Shown here piece by piece: positions 21,554 through 31,585 of a DNA stretch of 64,000 nucleotides. Position 1 is the stretch's first letter. Every line of letters starts with the position of its first letter. Both the position numbers and the translations under genes were made by a program. The stretch lies in the NCBI GenBank assembly GCA_048941015.1, contig JBHLNZ010000005.1, positions 25,089-89,088 on the forward strand, written 5' to 3'. This DNA is from Promethearchaeota archaeon. Lineage in GTDB: Archaea > Asgardarchaeota > Lokiarchaeia > Sigyniarchaeales > SOKP01. The notes under the pieces were generated by a model. It had not been told where the DNA came from. It saw only the letters and a program-made list of their open reading frames with translations, and made no database searches.

Positions 21554-22114
21554 ATGAAAAAGTTTCCAATAAATATCGGATTTGATGATTCAAAATTTGA
21601 ATTTAAATCTTCTCATAAAAATACTAGTTTAATCGGTGTTGTATGTCAAGGAAATAGAATGGTAGATGTTATAAAGAAAGAAATAACTATTGACGGCGAT
21701 GATGCCACCACAATATTAATATCTATTGTAAAACAAAAAGAAAAGCATATACAATATATCTTCACTGACTCTATCACATTTGCTGGTTTTAATATAATTA
21801 ATTTAGAACAAATTTTCAAGCATACAGGTAAACCAATCATCGCAATTACAGAAAAACTTGTTGACCTTGATTCTGTTAAAACCGCTTTAATTAAAAATTT
21901 TCCAAATGATTACAAAATTAAGTTTAAACACATTATAAAAGCAGGCAATTTATACGAAACTGAACTTGAAACTGCCGGTGGTTCATCGAAAATATTTTTT
22001 CATTGCAAAGGAATAGATTCTGATAAAGTTAAATCTTTATTAAGAAAAGTATGTATAGATTCTAAAGTTCCAGAATCCGTTAGACTCGCTCATCTAATAG
22101 GCAAAGCTTTTTAG
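21554..22114 (+). CDS. DUF99 family (endonuclease V-like) protein
   Basis: IGFDDS, ITIDGDDAT, DSITFAGFNII, KVPESVRLAHLI. Confidence 0.88.
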   Translation: MKKFPINIGFDDSKFEFKSSHKNTSLIGVVCQGNRMVDVIKKEITIDGDDATTILISIVKQKEKHIQYIFTDSITFAGFNIINLEQIFKHTGKPIIAITEKLVDLDSVKTALIKNFPNDYKIKFKHIIKAGNLYETELETAGGSSKIFFHCKGIDSDKVKSLLRKVCIDSKVPESVRLAHLIGKAF

Positions 22115-22121
22115 AGTAATT

Positions 22122-22598
22122 TTAAAATGTGGCAATCTCGTACTCTAAAATCTCTTTCATTCTTTCACGCAATTCAGTCCTAATTGCAGACATTCCATAA
22201 GTTTTCAAGCCACCAAGTCTTTTTTGTATCTCTTTAGCACTTAAAGCTCCAGGTAAGTCTTGTTTATTAGCAATAGCAATTATTTTAGTTCCTAAACTAC
22301 GTTCAAATCTATCGTAAATTTGCTTTGTCTTTTTTATATTTTCTTCTGTTGAATCACAAACTAAAACAGCTAAACCGGCACCTCTCAAGAAATCTTTCCA
22401 CATGAACTTAAACCTTTTCTGACCTCCGAAATCCCATATTGAACATTTCTTCCCATTTAATATTGAATCTTCTACCTCTAAACCAACAGTCGGAATCCGC
22501 TCTTTTCTAACTTCTCTTCCTTGTAATAAAGTCAATAATGATGATTTTCCTACCCCTGTATCTCCTACAAGACAAATTTTTTGTTTTGTTGTATAAAC
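22122..22598 (-). CDS. Ras-superfamily small GTPase (Arf/Rab-like), start extended
   Basis: G1 KICLVGDTGVGKS lies in frame upstream of the track start; PTVG (G2), WDFGGQ (G3), NKQD (G4), SAI (G5); exact start codon uncertain. Confidence 0.88.
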   Translation of the reverse strand, partial: VYTTKQKICLVGDTGVGKSSLLTLLQGREVRKERIPTVGLEVEDSILNGKKCSIWDFGGQKRFKFMWKDFLRGAGLAVLVCDSTEENIKKTKQIYDRFERSLGTKIIAIANKQDLPGALSAKEIQKRLGGLKTYGMSAIRTELRERMKEILEYEIATF

Positions 22599-22858
22599 TT
22601 TATATCAACCCTTTCTAATACTAAATCACGTTAATTAGAAAAGGCAAGATATTGTTCAAAAATTAAAATAATATTGACATATCATGCGAATTTTATCATA
22701 TAAAGTCTATTTATCAATTCTGCCATTACTATCATAAAAAGAGCCTTTTAACTTTAGAAATATCCTCCTATTTATCTATTTTATATACGCATATTATGAG
22801 AATTTAAATAAAAAAGAGTTTAAGATAAGATTGAAAATAATAGTTATTTGTGAATTAA

Positions 22859-23263
22859 ATGAATTTTTTACTTGATTTTATAGTTTCTAAAGAAGGTGGC
22901 AAGGTGATTTATAGTACTGATTCTAAATTGGATATTGTGAAAGATGTGCTCCTTTTTGGAGGCTTTTTAGAGGCTATAAATAATTGCTACAATCATGCTC
23001 TTATAGATAATTTAAAAAAGATTGAAGGATGTCATTATAGAATTTCATTTATGGTAAAAAAAGATTTTCAATTTATCGGTTTATCTTCTATAGAAACAGA
23101 CCCCATATTTGTAAAAATGGAATTTGAATATTACGCTTATAAGTTCACGAAACTTTTTCAAAATAAACTTTCAAATATTTCTGAGAATGATGTTCGTGTC
23201 TTTAAAAAATTTAATAACGAGATTCTTAAAAGTGAGTCTGTAGAGCAATATGCAACTAGTTAA
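22859..23263 (+). CDS. Longin-like domain protein
   Basis: beta-beta-GG..IYS, helix LFGGFLEAINN, three strands, helix ..KF..LF.. and DVRVFKKF; pattern typical of Asgard longin-like proteins. Confidence 0.65.
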   Translation: MNFLLDFIVSKEGGKVIYSTDSKLDIVKDVLLFGGFLEAINNCYNHALIDNLKKIEGCHYRISFMVKKDFQFIGLSSIETDPIFVKMEFEYYAYKFTKLFQNKLSNISENDVRVFKKFNNEILKSESVEQYATS

Positions 23264-23311
23264 TATAAAAAATATTTATTATTAAAAAAATCAAAAAAAA
23301 GAATTGTATTT

Positions 23312-24610
23312 TTACCCTGTTACGAGATCTTTGACAATACCTACAGCAACGGTTCTGCCCATATCCCTAACTGCGAACCGGCCCATTTCTGGGATGTCTT
23401 CATACTTCTCGATACAGATCTTCTTGATAGGTTGTAATTTAATAATCGCTGATTCATTTCTCTTGATAAATTTAGGTGAATCTTCGATAACAGCGCCAGT
23501 TTTTTGGTCTAATTTCTTGTTTAGTTCAACAAATTTAGCCGCAATTTGTGCTGTGTGAGCATGTACAACAGGAGTATATCCTTGAGCAATAGCAGTAGGA
23601 TGCCAAATGACAATAATCTGACCAGTCCAATTACCGCTTGGGTTAACTACAGTTGGTATGCTACTTGGATGCCCTAGGCAATCTCCACGACCGACATCCT
23701 TCATTTCAAGACCTCTTATACTAAATCCAACGTTATCTCCAGGTTCTGCTTGAGGAATTTCTTCATGGTGCATTTCGATACTACGTATTTCACCTTGGAA
23801 TCCAGTAGGCATAATTACAATTTTATCTCCTTTTTTAAGAATGCCTGTTTCAACCCTACCAACTGGAACAACACCAGTACCTTTAATTCTGTAAGCATCT
23901 TGAATTGGTAAACGTAAAGGCTTGTCAACTGGTTTTGGAGGAATTTCGAATTTATCTATAGCATCGATTAGAGTTGGTCCCTTATACCATGGCATTTTAT
24001 CACTAGCTTCAGTTAAATTATCTCCTGTCATACCACTTGTAGGAACAAAATCAACATTCTTGACATTGTAACCTATTTGCTTAAGAAGATTCGATACAGA
24101 TTCTTTACATTCATTAAATCTATCTTCACTATAATCATAATTATCTGCTTTATTTATAGCGACACATAATTGTTTTACACCTAGAGTTTGTGCTAAATAT
24201 GCGTGTTCTCGGGTTTGTCCATTTGCTGCCACTCCAACTTCCATTTCTCCTTTTTTACCGGATACGACTAGTATTGCAGCATCTGCTTGTGAAGCACCTG
24301 TAATCATATTCTTTACGAAGTCAGCATGACCAGGAGCATCAATTATCGTGAAATATTTTGATTTAGTCTCAAATTTTCTGAAAGCAAGATCAATGGTAAT
24401 TCCACGCTGTCGTTCCTCCTTTAGTCGGTCAAAAACATAAGCATAAGACCAGGAAGGACGATCATATTCTTTAGCAATTTTTTCTAGCTCTCTTGCTTCT
24501 CTATCCGAAATAGCACCAGTTTTGATGAGTAAGGCACCCATCATAGTAGATTTTCCATGATCTATGTGCCCGATTATTACTAAATTCAAATGAGGTTTAT
24601 CTGTTGGCAT
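23312..24610 (-). CDS. tuf: Elongation factor 1-alpha
   Basis: GHIDHGKST, ERQRGITID, DAPGH, NMITGASQAD, GRFAVRDMG. Confidence 0.98.
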   Translation of the reverse strand: MPTDKPHLNLVIIGHIDHGKSTMMGALLIKTGAISDREARELEKIAKEYDRPSWSYAYVFDRLKEERQRGITIDLAFRKFETKSKYFTIIDAPGHADFVKNMITGASQADAAILVVSGKKGEMEVGVAANGQTREHAYLAQTLGVKQLCVAINKADNYDYSEDRFNECKESVSNLLKQIGYNVKNVDFVPTSGMTGDNLTEASDKMPWYKGPTLIDAIDKFEIPPKPVDKPLRLPIQDAYRIKGTGVVPVGRVETGILKKGDKIVIMPTGFQGEIRSIEMHHEEIPQAEPGDNVGFSIRGLEMKDVGRGDCLGHPSSIPTVVNPSGNWTGQIIVIWHPTAIAQGYTPVVHAHTAQIAAKFVELNKKLDQKTGAVIEDSPKFIKRNESAIIKLQPIKKICIEKYEDIPEMGRFAVRDMGRTVAVGIVKDLVTG

Positions 24611-24776
24611 AATTCATCAATTTCCTCTATATTTTATTTAATTAATTAATTTTGAATACTTTAACTATTTAGATTAAATGATAACTACTTTAATGATATC
24701 CAATATATATTTTTTACTATAATTTTTTGGTATGTTTCTAGGGAAGTGATTTGGAGTTAGATTTTTTATAGGGTTT

Positions 24777-25259
24777 TCATGGATACTTTTTTCTCTTAGA
24801 ATTCAATAAATATTCACCTTGAAGATCATTATAAAGTTCTTCCCTATTTTCCTTTAACAAAAGAAATATCTCATTTAGTTCATTTTGAAAATTGATTCTT
24901 TTGCCAAAGTCATCTACAAATTCTTTAACAACTTTTTCTTCTAAGAATTTTTTAAAAATGAGATCAATGTCAGAAATGTCAAATCTTGTTTCTTTAAAGT
25001 AATCTAGTAAATGATGTAAGTAATAAGCTTTAATATAAAGAAATTTATTACTATATTTCTTTTCTAAATCTTTCTGATAAAAGAATTTTAATTGTCGTAG
25101 TATTATAGTATCGTCTTCATTATATAGATATTTTTCATCTTCAGTATTATTAAAAGCCCATTCTGTTCCAAAATCGATATTTCTATCTACATAATTCGCG
25201 ATTAATCGATCAATGCCAACTTTGTCAGACCATTTATTATGAATATCCCAATTTGGTAT
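24777..25259 (-). CDS. 160-aa protein missed by the ORF track (ATA start); possible metal-binding helical hydrolase
   Basis: Stop-free frame 24777-25283 with no ATG/GTG/TTG until near its end; reads (M)PNWDIHNKWSDKVGIDRLIANYVDRNIDFG...AYYLHHLLDYFKE... Confidence 0.75.
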   Translation of the reverse strand: MPNWDIHNKWSDKVGIDRLIANYVDRNIDFGTEWAFNNTEDEKYLYNEDDTIILRQLKFFYQKDLEKKYSNKFLYIKAYYLHHLLDYFKETRFDISDIDLIFKKFLEEKVVKEFVDDFGKRINFQNELNEIFLLLKENREELYNDLQGEYLLNSKRKKYP

Positions 25260-25418
25260 CTTTTGTTCACTTAATGGAATGAATTAATTATATAATTCTT
25301 AAAAATGATAAATTAAAATAAAGGTTAAGGTAAAAAGATAATAAAAATAAAAAAACATCTAACCTTTAATAATATAAAATATACTTAAAAAAGCAATCAA
25401 AATAATAAATTAAAAATC

Positions 25419-26243
25419 ATGGTAAAAAGTAGAAGTCCCTTTCCAAAAGAAGGAGAATTTATTATTGGTCGGGTTACGGTAGTTCAGCAACAATATGTAT
25501 ATGTAGAGTTACTTGATTATAAGGGATTACCTTCAGAGTCTTTTGCAAAAGGAATGATTCATATTAGTGAAATTTCAAGCCGTTGGATAAAAAATATTCG
25601 AAATTTTGTAAGGGTAGGCCAAAGAATTGTCTGTAGAGTGTTAAGAGTTGACCCTGAGAAAGGACATATAGATTTATCTTTAAGGCGAGTCAATTCAGCA
25701 CAGAAAGAAAATAGAATGAAAGAATGGAAATATGCTCAAAAATATGAAAACTTGCTTCAATTTCTTACCGAAATGGATGGTGTAAAGATGAACTTAGATG
25801 AAACTTATGAATTAATAGGCTGGCCTGTTTTGGATAATTTTGATTCCTATCAAGAAACAATTGAAGCCCTCAAGGAAAATGGAGAAGAACTACTTAATAC
25901 TCTTGATGGGATTTCTGAAGAAACGAAAAAAGCATTTCTAAAAATCGTTGATGAAAATGTAGAAATTTCTACAGTGAATATTATAGGAAAGATTAAATTG
26001 ATAAATACTGAGGGAGATGGAATTGATAAGATTAAAGAAACTTTAACTGAGATTATAAACACGATAAAAAAGCCAAAAGCAACTAGAAAATTGAATTTAT
26101 CTTACCTCGGAGCTCCTTTTTATAGGTTGGAGATCATTTCTAAAGATTATTTGGATGCAGAAAACATATTATCTGAAGCGATGGAAATATTAGAACAGAA
26201 ATCTAAACAGTATGGTGGTACTTATGAATTTATTAGGGATTAA
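25419..26243 (+). CDS. eif2a: Translation initiation factor aIF2 alpha
   Basis: S1 domain IHISEISSRWIKNIR, KGHIDLSLRRV, GAPFYRL. Confidence 0.96.
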   Translation: MVKSRSPFPKEGEFIIGRVTVVQQQYVYVELLDYKGLPSESFAKGMIHISEISSRWIKNIRNFVRVGQRIVCRVLRVDPEKGHIDLSLRRVNSAQKENRMKEWKYAQKYENLLQFLTEMDGVKMNLDETYELIGWPVLDNFDSYQETIEALKENGEELLNTLDGISEETKKAFLKIVDENVEISTVNIIGKIKLINTEGDGIDKIKETLTEIINTIKKPKATRKLNLSYLGAPFYRLEIISKDYLDAENILSEAMEILEQKSKQYGGTYEFIRD

Positions 26244-26276
26244 TTTTTAATTCAAGTAAAGTAGCTATAACTTACA

Positions 26277-26462
26277 ATGACTAAATATTTACTTAAATGT
26301 AAGGATTGTAAAAGATATGGATTACATAATCCAGAATTAAAATGCAAATATTGCGGTGGACAGTTAATAAACCCACGTCCCCCAAAATTTTCAATGGTAG
26401 ATAAATTTGCTAAGTACCGTAAGCAATATTTTAAAGAAGAATTTAAAAAAAGATTTGAATAA
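26277..26462 (+). CDS. nop10: H/ACA RNP protein Nop10
   Basis: CxxC..CxxCGG, PRPPKFSMVDKFAKYR; follows aIF2alpha. Confidence 0.93.
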   Translation: MTKYLLKCKDCKRYGLHNPELKCKYCGGQLINPRPPKFSMVDKFAKYRKQYFKEEFKKRFE

Positions 26463-26464
26463 GT

Positions 26465-27151
26465 TTAAGAAAATTCTATTTTTTCAGCAAATTTTTCATA
26501 AATTAATATTTTAGCATTCTTATATGGTAAATTAACTATATCGTTTTCTTCAAATGGACCATAATTAATTAAGTCTATACCTACTAATGGTGGAGCTTTC
26601 TTTATAATTCTAATTAAGGTGTAATTGTAATCTGGTTTTTCTTCTTGACCTATATCATTAATAAATGAAGTAGGCGCTTTAATAATCTCTTCTATTTGTT
26701 CAATTTTGCTTTCACTCACATCTACTTTTTGTAATAGATTCTGTTCCTCTCCTTTAACATTACTTTTATGGAGTTCTTCCAAATTTTCATAAAGAGTAAA
26801 GGCCTTTAATTTTTGAAAACCTTTAACCGCACTAACCAAATTCTGATAAAACAACTTTTCTGCTTCAAGTATAATTTCAAGATCGATTTCTTGAAGCGAT
26901 AAAGCATAATTAATCAGTTTTATCTCCCTAATTCTTAGAAAATCCTTAAATAAATAGTTTAAATTTTCTTGATATGAATTTAGCAATTGAGTTTTAATCT
27001 CATCTTTCTGGTCAAAATTATAGTTATTAATTTCTCTAATTAAATTTTTATAATCTTTTAGGAGTTCTTCCGATAAGGAGGTTAATTCCTTGGTATTGAG
27101 CTCTCTTTGCCAATGATCGTATAATTTACTGTACTGTTTTTCGAAATCCAT
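26465..27151 (-). CDS. GINS15 (Gins51) subunit
   Basis: Helical A domain (LRIREIKLI), linker, B domain (PPLVGIDLINYGPFEENDIVNLP); follows priS. Confidence 0.85.
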   Translation of the reverse strand: MDFEKQYSKLYDHWQRELNTKELTSLSEELLKDYKNLIREINNYNFDQKDEIKTQLLNSYQENLNYLFKDFLRIREIKLINYALSLQEIDLEIILEAEKLFYQNLVSAVKGFQKLKAFTLYENLEELHKSNVKGEEQNLLQKVDVSESKIEQIEEIIKAPTSFINDIGQEEKPDYNYTLIRIIKKAPPLVGIDLINYGPFEENDIVNLPYKNAKILIYEKFAEKIEFS

Positions 27152-27212
27152 ATGAATCGATATTATTGAAAGGATTATATTAATGAAGTATAGTCAAAAA
27201 TAAAATTTTATC

Positions 27213-28472
27213 TTAAATTAATTTAACAACTTCTTTACATAATAAAAAGACAGCCACATGATGGGGGATATTTATGATCTCATCTTTTTTATATGGACCA
27301 AATTTTTCTCCTTTAATTTTAAGAGCAGGAATTATTTTTTCATTAACTTTATATTTTTTCGAGTTTTGATTTTTGCTAAAGAAAATAATAGGGTCTATCT
27401 CTTCATTTTCTTCATCTAACGGATTAAAATTTTCAAGTTCCTTTAAATCAAGTTGTTGTACTTTGAATCCAGTTTTTCCGTGTAATGAACCAGGGTATCT
27501 AATTAGTCTATGCACATCAATAGAAACTGGTTTATCAATTTCTGCACCAACCTCTTTAATTATCCCTTTTAAGAAAGTATGCCAAGTTTTAGGCCCTAAT
27601 CCCTTAATATTCCATAGAGATTTTAAGAAAGATTCTTTATTATTCAAAATATATTCGATAATTTCATTCGTAAGTCCGAATTTAGGTTGCCTTAAAAGTT
27701 CAATTAGAACATCATTTTGATAATTTTGTAGTATATATTTAATTTTTTTAACTATTTTTTGAGACCAGTCAATATTTTGTTCTAATAAGCCCAAATCGGA
27801 TTCTAAATCATCTAAACCTAATAAATCATATGAAATGTTATCACCCGTTAAATAATCAACGATTTCTCTTCTTTGAGAACTTGTTAGAGCTCTTATCGTT
27901 TCAGTTTCAATTTTTAAATGATACCCTCTATGTCCTGAGAAAGTAATATTTAGTTCATTTTCTTGAATCCCAAAATCAGGGATAAGGAAATCATTTACTA
28001 ATTTGAGGATCTCGTTCTTTGCAATGTGTAAACAATCTTCACAGATCCAAGAAATACTTTGAAATTTATTGTTTCCACATTTAGGACATTTATTAGGAGG
28101 CATCCCACTCCCACTTTTATCACAGTCATTACAATACCATAGGTCATGATTCTTTTTACAAGGTGTAAAAAAGTGATCTACGTCAATATCAATTAGAAAA
28201 TCACATCCTAAATACCCCTTTTCCTTCATATTTGGATTAGCTGGGTCATTATATAATGTTCCACTTGAATAAACATGCTTAGGGGGATAATTAATCAAAT
28301 AATTTTTAAAATCATTAGGTTCATTGAAATGTTTATGCCTTATCATCACCATTTTATCCCATGGAATAAATCCGAATTCTCTCTGATTAAATAAATTAAC
28401 CAGGGGGATTTCACTTTTTTTCTCTTTGTAATAAACTTGAAATATTCTTTTTAGATAACTAATTTCCTTCAT
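27213..28472 (-). CDS. priS: DNA primase small (catalytic) subunit
   Basis: QREFGF, DIDVDH, FSGHRGYH, IDVHRLIRYPGSLHGKTG. Confidence 0.95.
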   Translation of the reverse strand: MKEISYLKRIFQVYYKEKKSEIPLVNLFNQREFGFIPWDKMVMIRHKHFNEPNDFKNYLINYPPKHVYSSGTLYNDPANPNMKEKGYLGCDFLIDIDVDHFFTPCKKNHDLWYCNDCDKSGSGMPPNKCPKCGNNKFQSISWICEDCLHIAKNEILKLVNDFLIPDFGIQENELNITFSGHRGYHLKIETETIRALTSSQRREIVDYLTGDNISYDLLGLDDLESDLGLLEQNIDWSQKIVKKIKYILQNYQNDVLIELLRQPKFGLTNEIIEYILNNKESFLKSLWNIKGLGPKTWHTFLKGIIKEVGAEIDKPVSIDVHRLIRYPGSLHGKTGFKVQQLDLKELENFNPLDEENEEIDPIIFFSKNQNSKKYKVNEKIIPALKIKGEKFGPYKKDEIINIPHHVAVFLLCKEVVKLI

Positions 28473-29655
28473 CTTTATTTTCTTTATGTTTGTTTTGAAA
28501 ATCTGCTTTTACTTTTTCAATGAATCTTCTTCTTCTAATATAAGATAAAGGGTGATTGATTTTTCTATATTCATCCCTCTTCTTAATATAATACCCTTTA
28601 ATACAGATCGGATCATTATATTTTTCTGCCATGCATAAATCTAATGATTTCAATGTTTCACAAGCATGTGGAACATATTCTTTATTTTTAGCAAAATTAA
28701 CTTGATAAGTTGTTTTTTCTTTATCAAAATCAGGAAGATATGAAAAAATTTTAATAATTTCCTCAACAGGGTAATTCAAAGCAAGTAAAAAGAACAGAAT
28801 TACTAATCTCTCTATGTGAATCAGATTTTGTCCTTCCTTTGCTTTTAATAAAATCTCCTTCATACAAGGAGGGTATATTATATTGATGTTCTCTGTTTTT
28901 ATAAAACCTGTATCTTCAAAATATTGAATCTCTTCTTTTCTCTCTTTCCAAGAAGACTCAATCTTATCAAATAGTTTTTTGAATTCTTCAATTTTAAATA
29001 AAGATTTTTTAAGGTTTTTAATTGAAGACTTATCTTCATTTTCTATTTCTAGAATCTTATTTCGAACATATTCTTGAATTAAACGCATGAGTCTTCTTTT
29101 TTGAATATAAACATAACCCTCCTTTAAAGACATATTTACTAGTTTTCTATAATCGTCCCTAAGATTGTTCTCTAGCTTTAAGTAGTCTAATACTTGGATT
29201 CTGAAGTTGGTTTCAAGCTTTTGAGAATAATTTTTTGTTACTTTTAAACCATATTGAATTTTGTTTTTAGAATATTGGATATCTAATCCTAAATCTTTGC
29301 ATATTTGATATGCATTATAATCATTTTCTTCAATTAAATCATGATAATTAATTTTTGAGTAAAGATTAGCAATTCTATTTGTAATATGTTTATTATCCAG
29401 AACGTATAATAATATTTTCATTAAAATATACAAATATACGTTTGAGTTATCAATTTTGTAGTAATAGAAATTTTCCAAATTATCAAAAGCCGCTTTAAAT
29501 ATTTGATAAATTCTTTCAAAGATCTCATCTTTAAAGTCTTTTGAAAGAAAATCAGAAATAAACTCGTTTGGAGATTTTTCAGCAAGATTACTATAATAAT
29601 CCTTTATTAATGGCAACCAAGGATAATGCATAACAAGATCAAAAGAATCACTCAA
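28459..29655 (-). CDS. priL: DNA primase large subunit
   Basis: YPPCMKEIL, NLIHIER, PDFDKEKTTYQV, Fe-S Cys ligands (C..C..C), HPLSY. Confidence 0.92.
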   Translation of the reverse strand: MSDSFDLVMHYPWLPLIKDYYSNLAEKSPNEFISDFLSKDFKDEIFERIYQIFKAAFDNLENFYYYKIDNSNVYLYILMKILLYVLDNKHITNRIANLYSKINYHDLIEENDYNAYQICKDLGLDIQYSKNKIQYGLKVTKNYSQKLETNFRIQVLDYLKLENNLRDDYRKLVNMSLKEGYVYIQKRRLMRLIQEYVRNKILEIENEDKSSIKNLKKSLFKIEEFKKLFDKIESSWKERKEEIQYFEDTGFIKTENINIIYPPCMKEILLKAKEGQNLIHIERLVILFFLLALNYPVEEIIKIFSYLPDFDKEKTTYQVNFAKNKEYVPHACETLKSLDLCMAEKYNDPICIKGYYIKKRDEYRKINHPLSYIRRRRFIEKVKADFQNKHKENKDEGN

Positions 29656-29760
29656 AATTTACTTAATCTCCAATTGAAATTAACTTATATAGAAAATCAT
29701 AAAAATGTAGTTATAAAATAATTTTAGAGTAAATTGATTTTTTAAAGTGTATTAAATCAA

Positions 29761-30567
29761 TTAAAATTCATCCATATCGTCTTCGTCTTCTTCAAATTCC
29801 GCTTCCTCTACTCTTGGAGCTAAAAAGTAACTTAATTCTCCGCCTTCTAAAAGATTAAAAATCATTTTCAGTGGATTATCAGTTTTTAATGAAATTTCTA
29901 ATTTTTCAGTTATGGGAGCAATCTTCAAGATAGCTTTCAAGAAGGTTAAGCTATAGGCTCCAGTAGAGGTCTCAGATAGATTGCTTTCGATTAAATCATC
30001 ATTAGTCAAATTATATTCCATTTCACCTATTTGGCCTGAGGAACTAAAAAGAAGACCCTGCCTTTCAATTGCTTTTATATTCAAAATTTCAGAATAGATT
30101 TCAGCATCTTTTATCGCTTCGACAAGAAAATCGGCATCAATAACCCACTTAGTCGGATATTCTATTTTTAATAGATTTTCCATTGGAATTTCTTCGGTAT
30201 CAATATCTAATAGAGCTAAACTAAAGGTGCGGACTCTACTAGTGCCTTCTCTTTGCATTTTAATCTTAATTTTTTGTTCAGTTTCTTTAAAATCAATTTC
30301 TATTGAATCGTTTACCGCACTTCTTTTCAAAATCTTATCTAAATCATCTAGATTCAACCCAACTTTAGATTCTTTACTACACTGATACTCATCAAAACCA
30401 TCTTTCCTAATCGATAATTTTAATAGACAAATTCGACTTGGATCCATTGCTGTGATGGTAAACTCTTTGGGAGTAACTCGGAACTCAGTTTCATCAATAA
30501 TACTTGATAGAGTTTCAATGATTCCTTTTAAAATCCGACTATTTTCCAATTTTAACGTAAATGACAT
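29761..30567 (-). CDS. pcn: PCNA sliding clamp
   Basis: AMDPSRICL, GLNLDDLDKIL, YSLTFLK, YFLAPRVE. Confidence 0.96.
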   Translation of the reverse strand: MSFTLKLENSRILKGIIETLSSIIDETEFRVTPKEFTITAMDPSRICLLKLSIRKDGFDEYQCSKESKVGLNLDDLDKILKRSAVNDSIEIDFKETEQKIKIKMQREGTSRVRTFSLALLDIDTEEIPMENLLKIEYPTKWVIDADFLVEAIKDAEIYSEILNIKAIERQGLLFSSSGQIGEMEYNLTNDDLIESNLSETSTGAYSLTFLKAILKIAPITEKLEISLKTDNPLKMIFNLLEGGELSYFLAPRVEEAEFEEDEDDMDEF

Positions 30568-30747
30568 AATTTATCCGTACTGTTATTTATTTACTTATTT
30601 TGCTTTTATAATAATAATGTTTTATTGGCAATATTTATAAAATTCGGTATTAGACGTTTAATAATACCTATTTTTAATTTTTAAATTAATTATTTATAGT
30701 TATCTTAAATTTTTAAAACTATATAATTAAAAAAAAGCGTTTTTAAA

Positions 30748-31065
30748 ATGGAAAATCAATACGCTATCCAAAGGATAATTAAAGATATACAAACTGATGA
30801 CATCCAAATTCAGGTTACTGGTTATATTAAGGAGATTAATAAAGATGATTATATTATTCTCGATGATAAATCCGGTATTATAAGAGTAATGATTAAAAAT
30901 ATAGATTTCTCATTTAAAGTAAATCAATTAATAAATGTAATTGGGGAAATTCAATTAAATTTAAATGGAGAAAAAGAGATTATCGCTGATATCATCCAAG
31001 ATATGTCTAATTTAAATTTTGAATATTATCTTAAATTATATAATCTTAAAAAGAATCTCTTATAG
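30748..31065 (+). CDS. Single OB-fold protein (RPA small-subunit-like)
   Basis: IQVTGYI, ILDDKSGIIRV, INVIGEI OB-fold pattern plus C-terminal helix. Confidence 0.65.
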   Translation: MENQYAIQRIIKDIQTDDIQIQVTGYIKEINKDDYIILDDKSGIIRVMIKNIDFSFKVNQLINVIGEIQLNLNGEKEIIADIIQDMSNLNFEYYLKLYNLKKNLL

Positions 31066-31071
31066 GTGTTC

Positions 31072-31425
31072 TCATAGAAATTTTTGAATTTCTATAGTAT
31101 AACCATTCGGATCTTTTAAAAAGAAATGATATATATTGAATCTTTCATTAAATTCAGGAGCTTTTTCGATTTTTACCCCAAATTCTACTAATTTATCATA
31201 TATTTTATCTACATCATCAATTATTAAAGTAATTATAGGGCTTCCCTCTTTGACATCCACAGCCATATGAGTACAAAAGCCAACTTTACCTTCGCTAGTT
31301 ACATTAAAAATTTGACAAATACCTTGATCTTTATATAATTTTAACCCTAAAACATTTTGATAAAATATAGAAGTCTTTTTTAAATCTTTTGTACCTAAGA
31401 AGATTATTAATTCTTTATAAGACAT
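31072..31425 (-). CDS. VOC/glyoxalase family protein
   Basis: DLKKTSIFYQNVLGL and FFLKDPNGYTIEI. Confidence 0.88.
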   Translation of the reverse strand: MSYKELIIFLGTKDLKKTSIFYQNVLGLKLYKDQGICQIFNVTSEGKVGFCTHMAVDVKEGSPIITLIIDDVDKIYDKLVEFGVKIEKAPEFNERFNIYHFFLKDPNGYTIEIQKFL

Positions 31426-31585
31426 GTACATTCCTTAAACTTATTTTCGAAAATATTAAGTGATAATTTTTGACAAATTAAAGAAAATCGTGATGATATT
31501 ATTTAATAGTTTAAAATAGAAAAATTTTTTTAGAGATTATAATTTTCCAAATTTATAAAATTACAAATCGAAGAGTCTCGATGCT

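Noticed and set aside
22599-22640. In-frame TGA upstream of the GTPase read as selenocysteine or readthrough
   Set aside because: Another in-frame TGA lies seven codons further up with no start codon between; no SECIS-like element recognised
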